NCBI GenBank assembly: GCA_944387615.1
Contig: CALXFP010000001.1
Location: 1,088 to 65,087, forward strand
Source of the DNA: an uncultured Oscillospiraceae bacterium
GTDB taxonomy: Bacteria; Bacillota; Clostridia; Oscillospirales; Oscillospiraceae
Reading direction: 5' to 3'
Length of the DNA: 64,000 bases
A program made the position numbers and the translations under genes. Below are positions 9,528 through 19,867 of the stretch, piece by piece (positions within the stretch are counted from its first letter, which is position 1; each line of letters starts with the position of its first letter). The notes beneath the pieces are model-generated. The model was not told the origin of the DNA and ran no database searches. It saw only the letters and a list, made by a program, of their open reading frames with translations.

Positions 9528-10526
9528 ATGCGATCCATTTGGAAGGATATTCTGACTGCGCTGTTTATGGGCATGGTTTTGCCGGGGCTGGTGCTCAACG
9601 GTGCGGTGATGGCTTTGGATGCTCCGGTTGAAACGCAGCCGCAAAACCAGCCGGTGCTGCAGTCGCCTCAGCGGCAAACGGTTTCGCTGCCGGTGCTGGT
9701 TCGCCATACAGACGGTACGGTGGAGCAGATGGACATGGACGATTATCTGACGGGAGTGGTGTTGGCAGAAATGCCGGCTTCTTTTGAAACGGAAGCACTG
9801 AAGGCCCAGTCCGTGGCGGCCAGAACCTACGCCTGTAAAGCCTACCAGACCGGCGGCAAACACGCAGACGGCAGCGTCTGTACCCAGTCCACCTGCTGCC
9901 AGGCCTATCTGCCCCAGAAGGAGTATCTGCTCCAGGGGGGGACGGTGGAGAATGTGAGCAAAGTCCGTGCCGCGGTGGAAGCCACCTCCGGCTATGTGCT
10001 GACCTATGAGGGAGAACTGATTGAGGCCACCTACTTCTCCTGCTCCGGCGGCAGTACCGAGGACGCGGCGGCGGTTTGGGGAGCGGAGTTTCCCTATCTG
10101 CAGGCAGTAGAAAGTCCCGGTGAAGAGGATGCAGCACATTTTTCCGATACCTTCACATTTTCTCCGGAAGCATTCCAGGAAGCGCTGGGAGTAACATTGG
10201 AAGGCTCTCCCAGCGGCTGGTTCGGGGCAGCATCCTTTACCGATGGGGGCGGCATTGAGAGCATGGACATCGGAGGGAAACTATATACCGGTGTTCAGCT
10301 GCGTTCGCTGCTGGATCTGCCCTCTACGGATTTTACCGTATCCGCCGGAGACGAGCGAATTGTCATTACAACCTACGGCTATGGTCATCGGGTGGGTATG
10401 AGCCAGTATGGTGCCGATGCCATGGCGATCACAGGAAGCAGCTACGCCGATATTCTGGCCTACTACTATCAGGGGACAGAATTGACCCTGATGGACCCTG
10501 AGAAGCTGGAAAACGGAGGAACCTGA
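9528..10526 (+). CDS. spoIID: Stage II sporulation protein D
   Basis: YLTGVVLAEMPASFETEALKAQSVAARTY, CQAY, GYGHRVGMSQYGA, ILAYYY; sigma-E-like -10 CATATACT at 9471. Confidence 0.9.
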   Translation: MRSIWKDILTALFMGMVLPGLVLNGAVMALDAPVETQPQNQPVLQSPQRQTVSLPVLVRHTDGTVEQMDMDDYLTGVVLAEMPASFETEALKAQSVAARTYACKAYQTGGKHADGSVCTQSTCCQAYLPQKEYLLQGGTVENVSKVRAAVEATSGYVLTYEGELIEATYFSCSGGSTEDAAAVWGAEFPYLQAVESPGEEDAAHFSDTFTFSPEAFQEALGVTLEGSPSGWFGAASFTDGGGIESMDIGGKLYTGVQLRSLLDLPSTDFTVSAGDERIVITTYGYGHRVGMSQYGADAMAITGSSYADILAYYYQGTELTLMDPEKLENGGT

Positions 10527-10549
10527 CAGGAATTATGTATATACAAAAA

Positions 10550-10584
10550 CTCCCCCTGATGCACAGTACCTGCATCAGGGGGAG
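10550..10584. terminator. Bidirectional terminator hairpin
   Basis: ctccccctgatgca-7 nt-tgcatcagggggag between convergent genes. Confidence 0.7.
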
Positions 10585-10625
10585 TATGCATACCTGTCTG
10601 TACCGGTTAAGCCGGGCCGGGGAAG

Positions 10626-11747
10626 TTACACGTCAAAGCCCTCTTCCAGAAGCTTTTCTGTTTTCCGCTCCGCTTCCAGTTTGGCTCTGGTTTTCTTCGC
10701 CGCGTCCATCAGACCAAGAAATTCCGTGGACAGCACCCGGCGCATTTTTTCGTCACCGCTCAGAGCTTTGACGTAGGCATGGATATTTTTGGGCTGGAAT
10801 ATGTCGATGGCGTTATCAACGCCGCCGGTACCCAGCAGGGCGAACATCACATCCACCAGCTGGTTGCGTTCCTGGTTGGTCATTTCCGCAAACCAGGTTT
10901 TGATGGTGGCATCCAGGAAATGGGAACCTTCAGTGACCTCTTCCGTGGTGAGGAATTGGCTGCCCATCAGTTCCCAGGAGTAAGGATCATGCTGCAGTAG
11001 TCCCACGGTCTTGCTGCGGATGACCGTGTACGGTTCTTCATGTTCCAGCAGCATGCCGATGACGGAGGATTGGGGAACGTAGGTTTTGATCCGGGGAACC
11101 ATGGCGAGATATCCGGGATCGCCCATCAGGTATTTCGTAAAACCGGGGCCGTCGTGATTGTATACCTGCAAAATCCGCTGCTGCACCATGGGGGAAGAAC
11201 GGGCAGCGGCAAATACCGCCAGATTGCCGCCTTTGGAATGGCCGCCCAGACGCATGGGAGCGATATACTCCTGGGCTACCGCCAGAGTGTATCGCACTGC
11301 TAGCCGTTGGGCGGGGATGGTCTGCTGGAAGGTCATGTTGAAATCTTCTTTCCAGCCTACCAGGGTACTGTCGGTGCCACGGAATGCCAGGAACATACTT
11401 CCGTCATCCAGCAGAAAGGTAAGGGCCGCAAATTGCGTCTCCTGCTCGGGAATCAGCTGATCCTGATACATACACAAACGGACGGAACCGAACCGGACAG
11501 AGTCGGCTGCCAGACGCAGCAGCGTCAGATCGTTTTTGACCCGCACCAGGGCCTCACAGTTGTCTCCGGCGAAAAAGTCCTCAGCCGCTTCCTTCAGGGA
11601 AATGGGGACGGTGGGCTGAGATTCCACCCTGCCGCCGTAGCGGATGTAAACCAGCGCCGAGAAAATCAATGCGTCCACAGGATTCGGCGGGTCCTGGGTA
11701 AACGTCAGGTCACCACGCCAGCGTATGTAGTCCAGTATGTTTGCCAT
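10626..11747 (-). CDS. DUF2974 (Mbeg1-like) alpha/beta-hydrolase / lipase
   Basis: MANILDYIRWRGDL, AFRGTD, GWKEDFNM, GHSKGGNLA, DGPG. Confidence 0.85.
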   Translation of the reverse strand: MANILDYIRWRGDLTFTQDPPNPVDALIFSALVYIRYGGRVESQPTVPISLKEAAEDFFAGDNCEALVRVKNDLTLLRLAADSVRFGSVRLCMYQDQLIPEQETQFAALTFLLDDGSMFLAFRGTDSTLVGWKEDFNMTFQQTIPAQRLAVRYTLAVAQEYIAPMRLGGHSKGGNLAVFAAARSSPMVQQRILQVYNHDGPGFTKYLMGDPGYLAMVPRIKTYVPQSSVIGMLLEHEEPYTVIRSKTVGLLQHDPYSWELMGSQFLTTEEVTEGSHFLDATIKTWFAEMTNQERNQLVDVMFALLGTGGVDNAIDIFQPKNIHAYVKALSGDEKMRRVLSTEFLGLMDAAKKTRAKLEAERKTEKLLEEGFDV

Positions 11748-11920
11748 GAAGGACACCTCCCAACAAAACCAGTATAGCACGCAATTGTGAACATCTCTAC
11801 ACCTTTTCAAAAATACCGGGACTTCTTTTCAAAAGCCCAGCCGATATTGCTTCCTCCGGTTGACAAAGAAAGTCGACAAAGGTAAAATGATTCCATATTT
11901 TGATACAGGAGGCGCATTTC

Positions 11921-12499
11921 ATGGAACTGACAAGAGAGCGGGCTCTGGACCTGCTGCAACGGTATAACAAAGAACCCTTTCACATTCAGCATGCCCTGAC
12001 GGTGGAGGGGGTTATGGCCTGGTTTGCCCGGGAACTGGGGGAGGATGAAACCTTCTGGAGCCTGTGCGGACTGCTGCATGATGTGGATTTTGAGCAGTAC
12101 CCGGATCAGCACTGCAAGAAAGCTCCGGAGCTTCTGGCTCAGGTCAACGCCAGCGAGGAAATGGTTCACGCCATCTGCTCCCATGCCTACGGCCTGTGCA
12201 GCGATGTGGAGCCGGTTCACCAGATGGAGAAGGTGCTCTTTGCGGTGGATGAGCTGACCGGTCTGATCGGTGCCGCCGCCCGGATGCGCCCCAGCAAGAG
12301 TGTGATGGACATGGAACTGTCCTCCCTGAAAAAGAAGTTCAAGGACAAGAAGTTCGCCGCCGGCTGCTCCCGGGATGTGATCCAGGAAGGAGCTCAGCGG
12401 CTGAGCTGGAGCCTGGACGAACTGCTGGAAAAGACGATTCTCGCCATGCGCAGCTGTGAAGCTTCCGTATCCGCAGAGTTGGAGCGGCTTTGCCCCTGA
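11921..12499 (+). CDS. HD-domain hydrolase
   Basis: HA...GLLHDVD...SH...VDELTG...KKKFKDKKFAAG; TTGACA-17-TAAAAT promoter at 11860-11888. Confidence 0.85.
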   Translation: MELTRERALDLLQRYNKEPFHIQHALTVEGVMAWFARELGEDETFWSLCGLLHDVDFEQYPDQHCKKAPELLAQVNASEEMVHAICSHAYGLCSDVEPVHQMEKVLFAVDELTGLIGAAARMRPSKSVMDMELSSLKKKFKDKKFAAGCSRDVIQEGAQRLSWSLDELLEKTILAMRSCEASVSAELERLCP

Positions 12500-12557
12500 G
12501 CGCCAAACAAAAACGCACCCCCGGAAATCCGTCCAGGATTTTCCGGGGGTAAATTCA

Positions 12558-14360
12558 TTATACCAGTTCTTGCAGGGGCTTGATATATTGACGGCGGCGG
12601 CGTTCCTTCTCTGCCATGTAAGCAGCATCGTTGCCGGCGTGGATTTCCCGCAGATAGTCATAGTGATTTTGCAGGATCTCTTCGTTGTTTCTTGCCAGCA
12701 TCATCACGGCGATGGAGGAGCACTGGTCGGAGGTACGCTCCAGATAGGTCAGTGTCTCCATAAACACCAATCCGGCTCCCACGGAACAAGCGCCGGTTTT
12801 CAGCCGCTTGGTATGCCGGTCACGGAGAATCATCACCATATCGTCAATGGTTTCTTCCAGCGGTTCAATGGCCTTGGCGGCATCGTTATCGCCCTTGGCA
12901 AAGGCATCGACGGTGATGGTCAGAATTTCCGTAACGGCGGAGCAGATCAAGTGCAGTTCCTTCTTGGCTGTCTCGGAGAAAGTGGTGCCCTCCGACTGCA
13001 GCCGCTGGGCCAGCTCCACCAGGTTGGTGGCGTAGTCGCCGATGCGTTCAAAATTGGGAACCGTCTGCATCAGCATGTCCAGCTGACGGTCATCCCACTC
13101 GGTTTCCACGTTCTTGGCCAGACCAATCAGGAACCGGTCTGCCTGGTCGGTAAACTGATCGATCACGTCTTCGTCTTCGTCAACCTGGGCAACCAGCACC
13201 GGGTCGTATTTGGACAGAACCCGACAGCCCCGTTCGAAGTTTGTCTTGGCAATGGTGCCCATGGCAGCCACGGCCTTTACGGTTTCGGAAACGGCTACGG
13301 CAGGGGAGATATACAGCTTCTCGTCCAGGGTGTGCAGTTCCGGATGGCGATCTTTGCCGGGCTTGTCATCATGCACCAGCAGCATGGAAAGCTTCACCAG
13401 AACATCGGCAAAGGGGATCAGCACGATGGCGGTAATCAGGTTGAACACGGTCTGGAAGTTGGCAATGTTGCCGCTGTCCACAGCGCGAACCCAGAAGTCC
13501 TGTCCGAATACGGAAAGACGCTGCAAAATATTCATAACCACCAGGAACAAAATGGTGCCGATGGTATTGAAGGCGATGTGTACAACACCGGTACGCTTGG
13601 CATCTTTGGAAGAGCCGATGGAGCAGACCAAAGCGGTGGTTACGCAGGTACCCAGGTTGATACCCATAATGATGGGATAGGCCATGGCAAAGGTGATGCC
13701 GGAACCGGGCACGGAAGCAACGGTCTGCAGCATACCCACCGTAGCGGAAGAGCTCTGCACAATGACGGTCAGCACCAGACCGAACAAAATGCCCAGCAGG
13801 GGATTCTGCAGGAAACCCACAAAGGCCACAAAAGCGTCGGTGCCGATCAGCGGCCGGACACCGTCGGTCATCAGGCTCAGACCCACAAACAGCACGCCGA
13901 AGCCCACAAAAATGTCTCCGATGGTCTTGGAGGACTTGGACTTGACGAACATCAGCAAGATGATGCCGATTACCAACGCAATGGGGGCCAGAGTGTCCGT
14001 ATCAAACAGCATCAGCATCAGATTGTCGCCGGCCTCAATGGAGGACAGACGAATGATCTGTGCGGTGACTGTGGTACCGATGTTGGCGCCCATAACAATG
14101 GACACGGCCTGCTTCAGATTCAGCACGCCTGCGCCGATCAAAGCCACGGTCAGAACGATGGTTGCGGTGGAACTCTGAATGACTGCGGTAACCATGGCGC
14201 CGGTGAGTACACCGATGATGACGTTTCCGGTTACTTTCTCCAGAACCCGCTTCAGTGCGGCTCCGGAGCTGTTCTTCAGTCCGTCACCCATGACCTCAAT
14301 ACCGTAGAGGAACATGGCCAGACCGCCCAAAAGTTGGATAATGGCTCTAAATATCTCCAT
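12558..14360 (-). CDS. Na/Pi cotransporter with C-terminal PhoU-like domains
   Basis: Repeated QSSTAT / QSSSAT and GANIGTT / GINLGT; ERIGDYA PhoU repeat. Confidence 0.9.
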   Translation of the reverse strand: MEIFRAIIQLLGGLAMFLYGIEVMGDGLKNSSGAALKRVLEKVTGNVIIGVLTGAMVTAVIQSSTATIVLTVALIGAGVLNLKQAVSIVMGANIGTTVTAQIIRLSSIEAGDNLMLMLFDTDTLAPIALVIGIILLMFVKSKSSKTIGDIFVGFGVLFVGLSLMTDGVRPLIGTDAFVAFVGFLQNPLLGILFGLVLTVIVQSSSATVGMLQTVASVPGSGITFAMAYPIIMGINLGTCVTTALVCSIGSSKDAKRTGVVHIAFNTIGTILFLVVMNILQRLSVFGQDFWVRAVDSGNIANFQTVFNLITAIVLIPFADVLVKLSMLLVHDDKPGKDRHPELHTLDEKLYISPAVAVSETVKAVAAMGTIAKTNFERGCRVLSKYDPVLVAQVDEDEDVIDQFTDQADRFLIGLAKNVETEWDDRQLDMLMQTVPNFERIGDYATNLVELAQRLQSEGTTFSETAKKELHLICSAVTEILTITVDAFAKGDNDAAKAIEPLEETIDDMVMILRDRHTKRLKTGACSVGAGLVFMETLTYLERTSDQCSSIAVMMLARNNEEILQNHYDYLREIHAGNDAAYMAEKERRRRQYIKPLQELV

Positions 14361-14501
14361 ATGATGATACTCCAATCGTCATTTCCAGGATCGCCCGAAC
14401 CGGGCATAGTACCATTATAGGGAATTTTCAGAGAAATGTACAGTGACAAAATACGAGTAAATTTTACAAAAACTTTACATGGATTTTATCAAAAGCACCA
14501 A

Positions 14502-14939
14502 TTATTTTCCGGTGGAGCCAAATCCGCCGCAGTTTCTGGCGGTTTCGGACAGCTCGGAAACCTCCTGATACGCCGGTGTCAGCACCGGGGTGATAATGAA
14601 CTGGGCAATCCGGTCACCGCTGCGGATGGTCTGGGGCAGAGCACCGTGGTTGTGCAGAGCTACGGTGATTTCTCCCCGGTAGTCACTGTCCACCACGCCG
14701 ACTTTGTTGGCCGGTGCCAGTCCCTGCTTGCAGGCAAGACCGCTGCGGGCATAGACCAAACCTGCGCAGTCCTGGGGGACTTCCAGTGCAATGCCGGTGG
14801 GAAGAAAGGCTGTCTGACCGGGCTGGATGGTGACCGGCTGTGACAGACAGGCGTACAAATCGGCGCCGGCAGCGCCGGCGGTACCATAGGTGGGAAGCTT
14901 GGCTTCCGGGGATAGCCGTTTTACATGAATGGGTTCCAT
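14502..14939 (-). CDS. dut: dUTP diphosphatase
   Basis: AGADL, RSGLA, GVVDSDYRGE, RIAQ, GGFGSTG. Confidence 0.95.
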   Translation of the reverse strand: MEPIHVKRLSPEAKLPTYGTAGAAGADLYACLSQPVTIQPGQTAFLPTGIALEVPQDCAGLVYARSGLACKQGLAPANKVGVVDSDYRGEITVALHNHGALPQTIRSGDRIAQFIITPVLTPAYQEVSELSETARNCGGFGSTGK

Positions 14940-15479
14940 TTACTGCATTCCTTTCTTATCGCCTTGCCAATCCTGCCACAGAACGATTTCTCCGGCAGCC
15001 AGGGAGGCAGGTACGTCAATCAGCCGCTGATTTTCCGATCCCCGGAAGCGCAGGGACAGATTCTTCTGCGCCTCAATAAAAGGACCGTCCACCAGCACAT
15101 CCAGATAACTCAGATACTCCCGGGTATCGCCCAGACGCCCGGACAGAATATCCCGGTCAAACAGATATCCGGAAAAAGCCCAGATGCTTTTTTGGGGCAG
15201 CTCCCGTTTTACTTGCCGCAGCAGCTGCACGATGGCGCCCTGGTTCTCCGGCTCGAAGGGTTCGCCTCCCAGCAAGGTCAGTCCCCGGATATAGTCCGGG
15301 CGGAGCATCTGCACAATCTTGTCCATGACTTCCTGGGTAAAGGGCTGGCCGTAGTGAAAATCCCATGCAACCTCATTGAAGCAGCCGGGACACCGATGGG
15401 TGCAGCCGGAAACAAACAAACTGACCCGGACTCCGGGGCCGTTGGCAATATCACAATTTTTAATGGCAGCGTAATTCAT
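14940..15479 (-). CDS. nrdG: Anaerobic ribonucleotide reductase activating protein (radical SAM)
   Basis: NGPGVRVSLFVSGCTHRCPGCFN, GGEP, DVLVDG, FRGSENQR. Confidence 0.92.
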   Translation of the reverse strand: MNYAAIKNCDIANGPGVRVSLFVSGCTHRCPGCFNEVAWDFHYGQPFTQEVMDKIVQMLRPDYIRGLTLLGGEPFEPENQGAIVQLLRQVKRELPQKSIWAFSGYLFDRDILSGRLGDTREYLSYLDVLVDGPFIEAQKNLSLRFRGSENQRLIDVPASLAAGEIVLWQDWQGDKKGMQ

Positions 15480-15615
15480 AGGTACTCTCCTGATTCTCCG
15501 CAGACAGATTTTGCGGATGTTACCCGGACAGTATACCATAGCCCTGCAGGGAATGCAACGCCGGGAAAAAATGGAACTGCCCGCCGCAGAAAGTGCGGCG
15601 GGCAGCAGAATGTAC

Positions 15616-16809
15616 TCATTTCTCGTCGGGGTAATCGGCTTTGTAGTGTTCCCAGAGATGGATCTGGTCTTTTTTGTCCAGTCCCCGACGGACCAGTTTT
15701 TTGACAACATCGTAAAATACGGCAAAAGCAGGCACGCACACCAGCATCCCGGCTACGCCCCACAGGCCGCCGAACAGCACGATGGCGAACAGAACCCAGA
15801 AACTGGAAAGGCCTGTCCGGTCGCCCAGAATCTTGGGGCCGATTACGTTGCCGTCCAGCTGCTGCAGTCCCAGCACAAACAGGGCAAACCACAGACCCTT
15901 GATGGGGTCCTCGATCATAATCAGCAGGGTGGAGGGGATGGCACCGATGAAGGGGCCGAAGAAGGGAATGACGTTGGTGATTCCCACAAAGGCGGAGACC
16001 AGCAGCGCATTGGGGAACCGGAAAATCACGCAGCCAATGTAGCAGAGCAGACCGATGATTGCCGAATCCACCAGCTTGCCGTCGATGAACCCGCCGAACA
16101 TCCGATCCACAAAGGCCACTTCGTTGAGGAAACGGTCTGCCCACCGGGGAGGAAGTGTGCTGCGAATAATGAGCACGCTTTGCCGGGCAAATTTTTTCCG
16201 GCTGGCCAGCAGATAGCACGCCACAATCAGTCCGATGAGCATGTTGTAAAGAAACAGCAGCACTCTATACACGCTGGAACTCAGACTGCTGATCAGATTG
16301 GTGACGTAAGGCGCCAGAATGTTTCGTCCCCAGGTTTCCACTTCGGAGTACAGGGTGTTGTATATCTGATTAAACATCTGTACCAGCTCTTCATCCTCGC
16401 CGAAGGTAGCTCTTGCCCAGTCCAGGAAGGCATTGACTTTTGCCGGCAGCGTGTCCCACAGGGACATAATGCTTCGGTACAGCTGAGGAGCGATCATAAT
16501 AATCAAGGCATAGACAATCAGAAGACCGGTAATCAGACTCAGCCCTACAGCCAGGGCATTGGACAGTTTCCGCAGACTTTTTGGCAGTGCGTTGGAGAAA
16601 AAGCGCTCATAATGGTTGCACAGCGGCCGCAGCAGATACGCCACCACACTGCCATAGATAAAGGGAGCCAGAATCTCGGATAAGGTGTGCAGCCCATCTC
16701 CGATGCCCCGAAAACGGTACACCGCAAAAAATACCACAATACTCAAACTGATGGCGCCGAAAATCGCCAGCATCAGATATAAATATCGCTTTATGTAAGG
16801 ATCTTTCAT
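15616..16809 (-). CDS. AI-2E (PerM) family transporter
   Basis: IPFFGPFIG, QQLDGNVIGPKILG; multi-TM. Confidence 0.85.
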   Translation of the reverse strand: MKDPYIKRYLYLMLAIFGAISLSIVVFFAVYRFRGIGDGLHTLSEILAPFIYGSVVAYLLRPLCNHYERFFSNALPKSLRKLSNALAVGLSLITGLLIVYALIIMIAPQLYRSIMSLWDTLPAKVNAFLDWARATFGEDEELVQMFNQIYNTLYSEVETWGRNILAPYVTNLISSLSSSVYRVLLFLYNMLIGLIVACYLLASRKKFARQSVLIIRSTLPPRWADRFLNEVAFVDRMFGGFIDGKLVDSAIIGLLCYIGCVIFRFPNALLVSAFVGITNVIPFFGPFIGAIPSTLLIMIEDPIKGLWFALFVLGLQQLDGNVIGPKILGDRTGLSSFWVLFAIVLFGGLWGVAGMLVCVPAFAVFYDVVKKLVRRGLDKKDQIHLWEHYKADYPDEK

Positions 16810-17033
16810 GACATCACTTCCTGTGCAGAACTAGAACAAGTATATCAGGTTCAGCAGAGAGCAGTATGAATAAATTGTGAACAATTTCTTCGACAGTTTT
16901 TGGAGAAATCAGGAAAAAAGTTTACAATTTTCTCAGGGGGAAACGGCTTGCCAGCCCTTGCCATTTCCTGCGCAGATGGGTATACTATAAAAAATAGCCG
17001 GATAACCGGCCATGAAGACAGGAGGAACACACT

Positions 17034-17756
17034 ATGCCGTATTATTATGGCTTCGGTTTTGATCCCACGTTTTTGACATTGGTGCTTCCGTGCCTGCTGC
17101 TGTCGCTGTGGGCCAGCAGCAACGTCAATTCCACCTTCCGCAAGTATTCCCAGCAGCTGTCTGTCCGGAGAATCACCGGAGCGGAAGCCGCTCAGCGGGT
17201 TCTGCGCAACAACGGCGTGCAGGGGGTGCGGATTGAACGGGTCAGCGGGAAACTGACGGACCATTATGACCCCAGAAGCAATGTCATCCGTCTTTCTCAG
17301 GATGTTTATGACAATACCTCCACCGCTGCCATCGGCGTTGCCTGCCACGAGGCGGGACATGCGGTGCAGTATGCTGTAGGATATGCTCCCATCAAGCTCA
17401 GAGCAGCCATTATCCCGGTGACCAACTTTGGCTCCCGGCTGGCTATGCCCCTGATTCTTCTGGGACTACTCTTCTCTGCTTTTGGTCAGATGGCGGAATC
17501 TCTGATTTATCTGGGCATCGCCTGCTTCGGACTGTCCCTGGTATTTCAGCTGGTGACATTGCCGGTGGAGTTCAATGCCAGCCGCCGGGCGCTGCAGGCC
17601 ATTGAAGATGGAGGAATCCTGACCCCGGAAGAGCAGCAGGGAGCGAAAAAAACCCTGACTGCTGCGGCGCTGACCTATGTGGCGGCTACGGCTGTTTCTC
17701 TGGCACAGCTGCTGCGTCTGATTGCCATTTTTGGCGGACGGCGTCGGGATGACTGA
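17034..17756 (+). CDS. Zinc metallopeptidase (YugP-like)
   Basis: LTDHYDP, HEAGHAVQ, TLPVEFNASRRA, AAALTYVA. Confidence 0.9.
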   Translation: MPYYYGFGFDPTFLTLVLPCLLLSLWASSNVNSTFRKYSQQLSVRRITGAEAAQRVLRNNGVQGVRIERVSGKLTDHYDPRSNVIRLSQDVYDNTSTAAIGVACHEAGHAVQYAVGYAPIKLRAAIIPVTNFGSRLAMPLILLGLLFSAFGQMAESLIYLGIACFGLSLVFQLVTLPVEFNASRRALQAIEDGGILTPEEQQGAKKTLTAAALTYVAATAVSLAQLLRLIAIFGGRRRDD

Positions 17757-18190
17757 TGATCTACACACCGCTGACAAACAAGGCCATGCGTTTCGCCTAC
17801 CAGGCACATCACGGGCAGCTGGACCATAATGGGGTTCCCTATATATTCCACCCCATCCATGTGGCGGAGCAGATGGAGGAAGAAATTTCCTGCTGTGTGG
17901 CCCTGCTCCACGATGTTTTGGAGGATACTCAGGTTACCACGGAGGAACTGTCCCGGGAATTTCCCCGTCCGGTGGTGGAGGCGGTTTGCCTGCTGACACG
18001 ACGGGAAGGGGAGGATTACCTTTCCTATATCCGCCGCATCCGGCAAAACCCGGTGGCGGTTCGGGTCAAACTGGCAGATCTTGCCCACAACCTGGATCAG
18101 ACCCGCTGCCTAGGAACCGACCTTTCCCCGGCCCGACTGAAAGTCTGGAAGGAGAAGTATACCACCGCAATGGCCATACTGACACAATAG
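17756..18190 (+). CDS. Stand-alone HD-domain protein, small alarmone hydrolase (Mesh1/SpoT-HD)-like
   Basis: AHHGQ...PYIFHP...ALLHDVLEDT...VKLADLAHN. Confidence 0.8.
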   Translation: MIYTPLTNKAMRFAYQAHHGQLDHNGVPYIFHPIHVAEQMEEEISCCVALLHDVLEDTQVTTEELSREFPRPVVEAVCLLTRREGEDYLSYIRRIRQNPVAVRVKLADLAHNLDQTRCLGTDLSPARLKVWKEKYTTAMAILTQ

Positions 18191-18211
18191 CCAAATTTTT
18201 CCGCTTCGGTA

Positions 18212-18240
18212 TTGACAACTGAAGCGGAATTTTGTATAAT
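18212..18240 (+). promoter_or_regulatory. sigma-A promoter
   Basis: Perfect TTGACA-17-TATAAT. Confidence 0.8.
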
Positions 18241-18293
18241 TCGCCGATGTGAAAAGTATGAAAAATGTGATTTTCTAAGGAAGAAGGGATGCT

Positions 18294-18533
18294 ATGCCTG
18301 GAGGCAAGCACATACTCGGTAAGGGAAAGCCCCAGCGGGTTTTCGGCACAGCCAAGGTTGGCGATCGGGGGCAGATTGTGATTCCCAAGGAAGCCAGAGA
18401 ACTTCTCGGCATCAAACCGGGAGATACCCTCCTGCTGGTGGGGGAAGAAGAGACGGGACTGATTGTTTCCCGCCCGGAAGTGCTGAATGATTTGGCAACG
18501 GAAATTTTGAATACTGTGAAAAAAGAGGATTAA
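18294..18533 (+). CDS. AbrB/MazE/SpoVT-family DNA-binding protein
   Basis: KVGDRGQIVIPKEARELLGIKPGD. Confidence 0.9.
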   Translation: MPGGKHILGKGKPQRVFGTAKVGDRGQIVIPKEARELLGIKPGDTLLLVGEEETGLIVSRPEVLNDLATEILNTVKKED

Positions 18534-18537
18534 AATC

Positions 18538-19821
18538 ATGGAAGAATTACTGGAATTGTATCAGACAATGGGCATTTCTCCGGCGGTTTACGCCCGTGGC
18601 GAAAAAGTGCTGGAATCTCTCAAAGAACGTTTTGCAGCCATCGACCAGGTGGCAGAGCATAACCAGGCCAAAGTTTTGTGGGCCATGCAGAAAAACCGGG
18701 TGTCCGCAGCCTGCTTCGCAGCGACTACCGGATATGGCTACGATGACTTCGGCCGGGACAACCTGGAACGGGTCTATGCCGACGTATTTCATACCGAAGC
18801 GGCGCTGGTGCGGCCTCAGATCACCTGCGGCACCCACGCCCTGACAGTGGCCCTCAGCGCAAATCTGCTGCCGGGGGATGAGCTGCTGTCTCCTGTGGGG
18901 ATGCCCTATGATACCTTGCAGGAGGTAATCGGCATTCGCAAAAGCCCCTGCTCTCTGGCAGAGTATGGCGTAACCTACCGGCAGGTAGACCTGCTCAGCG
19001 ACGGCAGCTTTGACTACGACGGCATCCGCAAGGCCATCAATGAAAAGACCAAGCTGATTACCATTCAGCGCTCCAAAGGCTACGCCACCCGTCCTACCTT
19101 CTCCGTGACCCAGATTGGGGAGCTGATTGCCTTCTGCAAGCAGATCAAGCCCGATGTGCTGGTGATGGTGGACAACTGCTACGGCGAATTTGTGGAGACC
19201 CGGGAGCCTTCCGATGTGGGCGCCGACATGACGGTGGGCAGCTTGATTAAGAATCCCGGCGGCGGCCTTGCCCCCATCGGCGGTTATATCTGCGGAACCA
19301 AGGAGTGTGTGGAGCGGTGCGCTTACCGGCTTTCTGCCCCCGGTCTGGGACAGGAAGTGGGCGCAAACCTGGGTTTGATGCCGGCACTGTACCAGGGCTT
19401 CTTCCTGGCACCTACGGTGGTAGCCGGTGCGGAAAAGGGCGCGGTGTTTGCTGCCAATCTTTACGAGCCCCTGGGCTTCCGCTGCGTTCCCAGCGCCGCC
19501 GAGAGTCGGCATGATATCATCCAGGCAGTGGAACTGGGCAGCGAGGAAGGCATGATTGCCTTCTGCAAGGGCATTCAGGCTGCGGCGCCTGTGGATTCCT
19601 TCGCCACACCCTATCCGTCGGATATGCCCGGCTACAATGACAAGGTGATTATGGCAGCTGGTGCCTTCGTTCAGGGAAGCTCCATTGAACTGTCCGCCGA
19701 CGGCCCCATCCGTCCGCCTTACGCGGTTTACTTCCAGGGCGGTCTGACCTGGAATCATGCCAAATTGGGCATTCTGATGAGCCTGCAGAAAATGGTGGAC
19801 GCAGGACTGGCAACCTTATAA
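18538..19821 (+). CDS. PLP-dependent YnbB-like ('aluminium resistance' / methionine gamma-lyase family) protein
   Basis: TGYGYDD, CGTHAL, QRSKGY, VDNCYGEF, GSLIKNPGGG, MAAGAFVQGSSIELSADGP. Confidence 0.9.
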   Translation: MEELLELYQTMGISPAVYARGEKVLESLKERFAAIDQVAEHNQAKVLWAMQKNRVSAACFAATTGYGYDDFGRDNLERVYADVFHTEAALVRPQITCGTHALTVALSANLLPGDELLSPVGMPYDTLQEVIGIRKSPCSLAEYGVTYRQVDLLSDGSFDYDGIRKAINEKTKLITIQRSKGYATRPTFSVTQIGELIAFCKQIKPDVLVMVDNCYGEFVETREPSDVGADMTVGSLIKNPGGGLAPIGGYICGTKECVERCAYRLSAPGLGQEVGANLGLMPALYQGFFLAPTVVAGAEKGAVFAANLYEPLGFRCVPSAAESRHDIIQAVELGSEEGMIAFCKGIQAAAPVDSFATPYPSDMPGYNDKVIMAAGAFVQGSSIELSADGPIRPPYAVYFQGGLTWNHAKLGILMSLQKMVDAGLATL

Positions 19822-19867
19822 TTGGGCTGCCACTGCACCATCCTAGAAAAACGAGAGAGGTAAGAAA

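Noticed and set aside
14502-15479. nrdG-dut as phage auxiliary genes
   Set aside because: The flanks are ordinary chromosomal genes with no phage markers; nrdD is presumably elsewhere in the genome.
18294-18533. Toxin-antitoxin pair
   Set aside because: The AbrB/MazE-fold gene is followed by a PLP enzyme, not a toxin.
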